The notes beneath the pieces were generated by a model. That model made no database searches. It saw only the letters and a list, made by a program, of their open reading frames with translations, and was not told where the DNA came from. Of a stretch of 64,000 nt of DNA, positions 61,899-64,000 are shown in pieces. The translations under genes and the position numbers were made by a program. This DNA is from Paraspadella gotoi (taxonomy: Eukaryota > Animalia > Chaetognatha). Location: contig CM119270.1 in the NCBI GenBank assembly GCA_051294375.1, positions 13,611,833 to 13,675,832 on the forward strand, read 5' to 3'. Each line of letters opens with the position of its first letter. Within the stretch, counting starts at the first letter, position 1.

Positions 61899-62096
61899 AA
61901 TGGGTTTGAACGTTTCACAGTCTGGTCATTGTTTCCGACTGAAAATGGTGCTTTTACAAAATTAGTCACGCTTTGCGGATAAGGACAATATCAATAATGA
62001 CAGAAATAACAACTAATTCACGCTTGCTTAATCATTCGTTTTTTTTATGATTGACCGATTTAAACTCTTTTAAATTACGGTCATCGGAGACTCAGA

Positions 62097-62142
62097 GTAC
62101 TGTAGTCGGGCATTGAACCTAGGCAATGCCCGACTACAGTAC
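62097..62142. repeat. Perfect 19-bp inverted repeat with 8-nt loop
   Basis: GTACTGTAGTCGGGCATTG-aacctagg-CAATGCCCGACTACAGTAC. Confidence 0.92.
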
Positions 62143-62310
62143 CACGTTATACGGTCCTGGTCCGCTACTAAAAAAATTTAAATGTCAACAAAAACTGCTT
62201 ATAAGCATTAATGATTAAATGTATTTGCATACATACGCATTTCGCTAATGCGAATGACGACAACGGATTCAAGTGAGAGATGGATGGACCCTCAGAACAT
62301 TCGATCGGAA

Positions 62311-62360
62311 ATCCGGAAACCCAGAACCTTACATCCGGAAACCCAGAACCTTACATCCGG
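62311..62360 (+). repeat. 22-bp tandem duplication
   Basis: ATCCGGAAACCCAGAACCTTAC twice plus a partial third unit. Confidence 0.85.
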
Positions 62361-63165
62361 CAGTGATTGTCTCCTTTGAAAGTTTCTTCAAGGGAATTTC
62401 AATTTTAAACGATCTCTTACAAAAATATTTTCCAATTCCAGAGAAGCAAAACCATAAAATTAATAAATAAGCCACCCTGTTGGTCTTTGTGGTCAAAATA
62501 TACGGAAATGTACCGTTTTAATCCTCAAAAATGAAAGCGCGATAGGTTCTCATGTGGCATCCGCTTCCTTTTCAATTAATAAAATAGCCGATTAACTCTG
62601 CGGAAAACCGCCGCTGTCACCCACTACTTCATTGCAGCTTCCCTCCCTTCCCTCCATACACAGCAATCACGAAGGTTTAGGTTTTTAATCTCATTTGCAT
62701 ATAGTAGCAGTAGCCATTAATTTCTAGCCAGGTGGGCTGTGAGAACAGTAGTTTATCATTCCATATTGACCCTTTTTAAATCATACACCTACAAATAAAT
62801 ACACATAAACTTAAGAAAAGACCTAAGCAACCTACTATAACCTGAATATTATCAGAACGTTATCTTCAATATACAAAATTACAAGGAGTAAGAACAATTC
62901 TATAAAAGATGTTCTTCAGATTATAACAACAATGATTGTCCAAAACATGACACTCATCCCAAGCATTCACGGAGCATTCGTTCAAAAACAAGGGAAATAA
63001 AGTTGGCCCGTGCAAGTTTCTTTTCTGACAATTCGAATGGCGAAGACTGCTTGCCCGGTCTCTTCTCTCTTTCTCGTTCCTCTTCCCAGGATTCTCTCTT
63101 CCGCCTCATCTCCAATTTCCGCGTTTCTCTGCCTCCTCCTCCATGGGTAATCCATTGCTCTCCGC

Positions 63166-63211
<46 letters not shown>

Positions 63212-64000
63212 TTCAACGATGATGGTGTGCAAAAAAAAGAAACCTCGCCGCTAGCTTGCAACGCCGAAGCGGCCCCGCGCACACATTTCCCCGAGCGTGC
63301 TCGTACCGCCCGAGCGTCGTCTTCGCGACTCTGGATCTTCGTTACGACGCCTCGCTCTCGCGCCCGCTCCGAGTCTTCCCCCCCCGTCTCCCTCTCTGTC
63401 TCTCTCTCTCCCCTAGCCGATCTTCCCTCGTATCCCGGAGGACGACGCGACGCAAATGTCCACGAAAATCGCGACATTTTGACGTCTCCTATTTTTGGTC
63501 TTTCTTTCTCTTTGGTGCGAACGCTTCGGCGTCAAAGCCACTTCCGGCAAAATGGACGTGGGACAGGTGAGGACTATTAAGAGAAAACCATGCGGCGTGG
63601 GTTTGCGTTTGACATTATTTTTTATCTGCCACAAAATATAATTTTGCAATCCACATTTTCTGCAAGCGTTAATTCTCACATTTTTTCACAATAAATTTAT
63701 ACTTGTATAGGTTAGGCCTTATACTTTTTCTCTTTCCCATTACCATAACTATAGCTTTCGTTTTCATTGAAAAAAAAAGTATTTATCGTTTTTCTGGTCC
63801 CTCTCTTTTTCCGACTCAAAATAGCCGGTTGGATTGGGACGAAATGAAATGAAATAAAATAGTCTTCCTAAACGACCAAAGCTTTTTTTAAGCCTCGTCT
63901 AAAATTAAAACATGATCAATGCTTTACTCTTATGTGAATTTGTTTCATAAATCGCAAATAATAAATAAGTATGATTTTACAGTTAGTAAACACTAAACAT

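Noticed and set aside
63000-63600. Coding first exon of Cav1 in the GC-rich island
   Set aside because: Short ORFs run through (AG)n and no splice path could be established; it may be promoter or 5' UTR, but this cannot be supported from sequence alone.

Overview
Eukaryotic (invertebrate animal-type) genomic DNA with AT-rich short introns, GC-rich exons, (AG/TC)n microsatellites, six N-gaps and many homopolymer indels, consistent with an error-prone long-read assembly. Genes: two copies of a two-domain phosphoethanolamine N-methyltransferase (+), each with a tRNA-Gly(GCC) in an intron; an FBXL15-like F-box/LRR gene (-); TMEM131 (-); and a large L-type (Cav1) calcium channel alpha-1 gene (-, ~26.3-58.4 kb). 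About 11-12 kb of Cav1 appears twice across an N-gap, most likely as two haplotypes. Comparing those copies exposes a polymorphic 721-bp miniature LTR retrotransposon (TRIM) whose LTRs carry a tRNA-like Pol III promoter. Related TG..CA elements with 4-bp flanking repeats occur nearby: a second tRNA-bearing solo LTR and a 38-bp palindrome. Other signals: Penelope-type minimal hammerhead ribozyme motifs (a remnant folds over a PMT splice acceptor), a U12 AT-AC intron, a GC-AG intron, a ~780-aa low-complexity Cav1 tail extension, a candidate alternative terminal exon, and inverted minisatellite arrays. Exon boundaries were read by eye; no searches were run.
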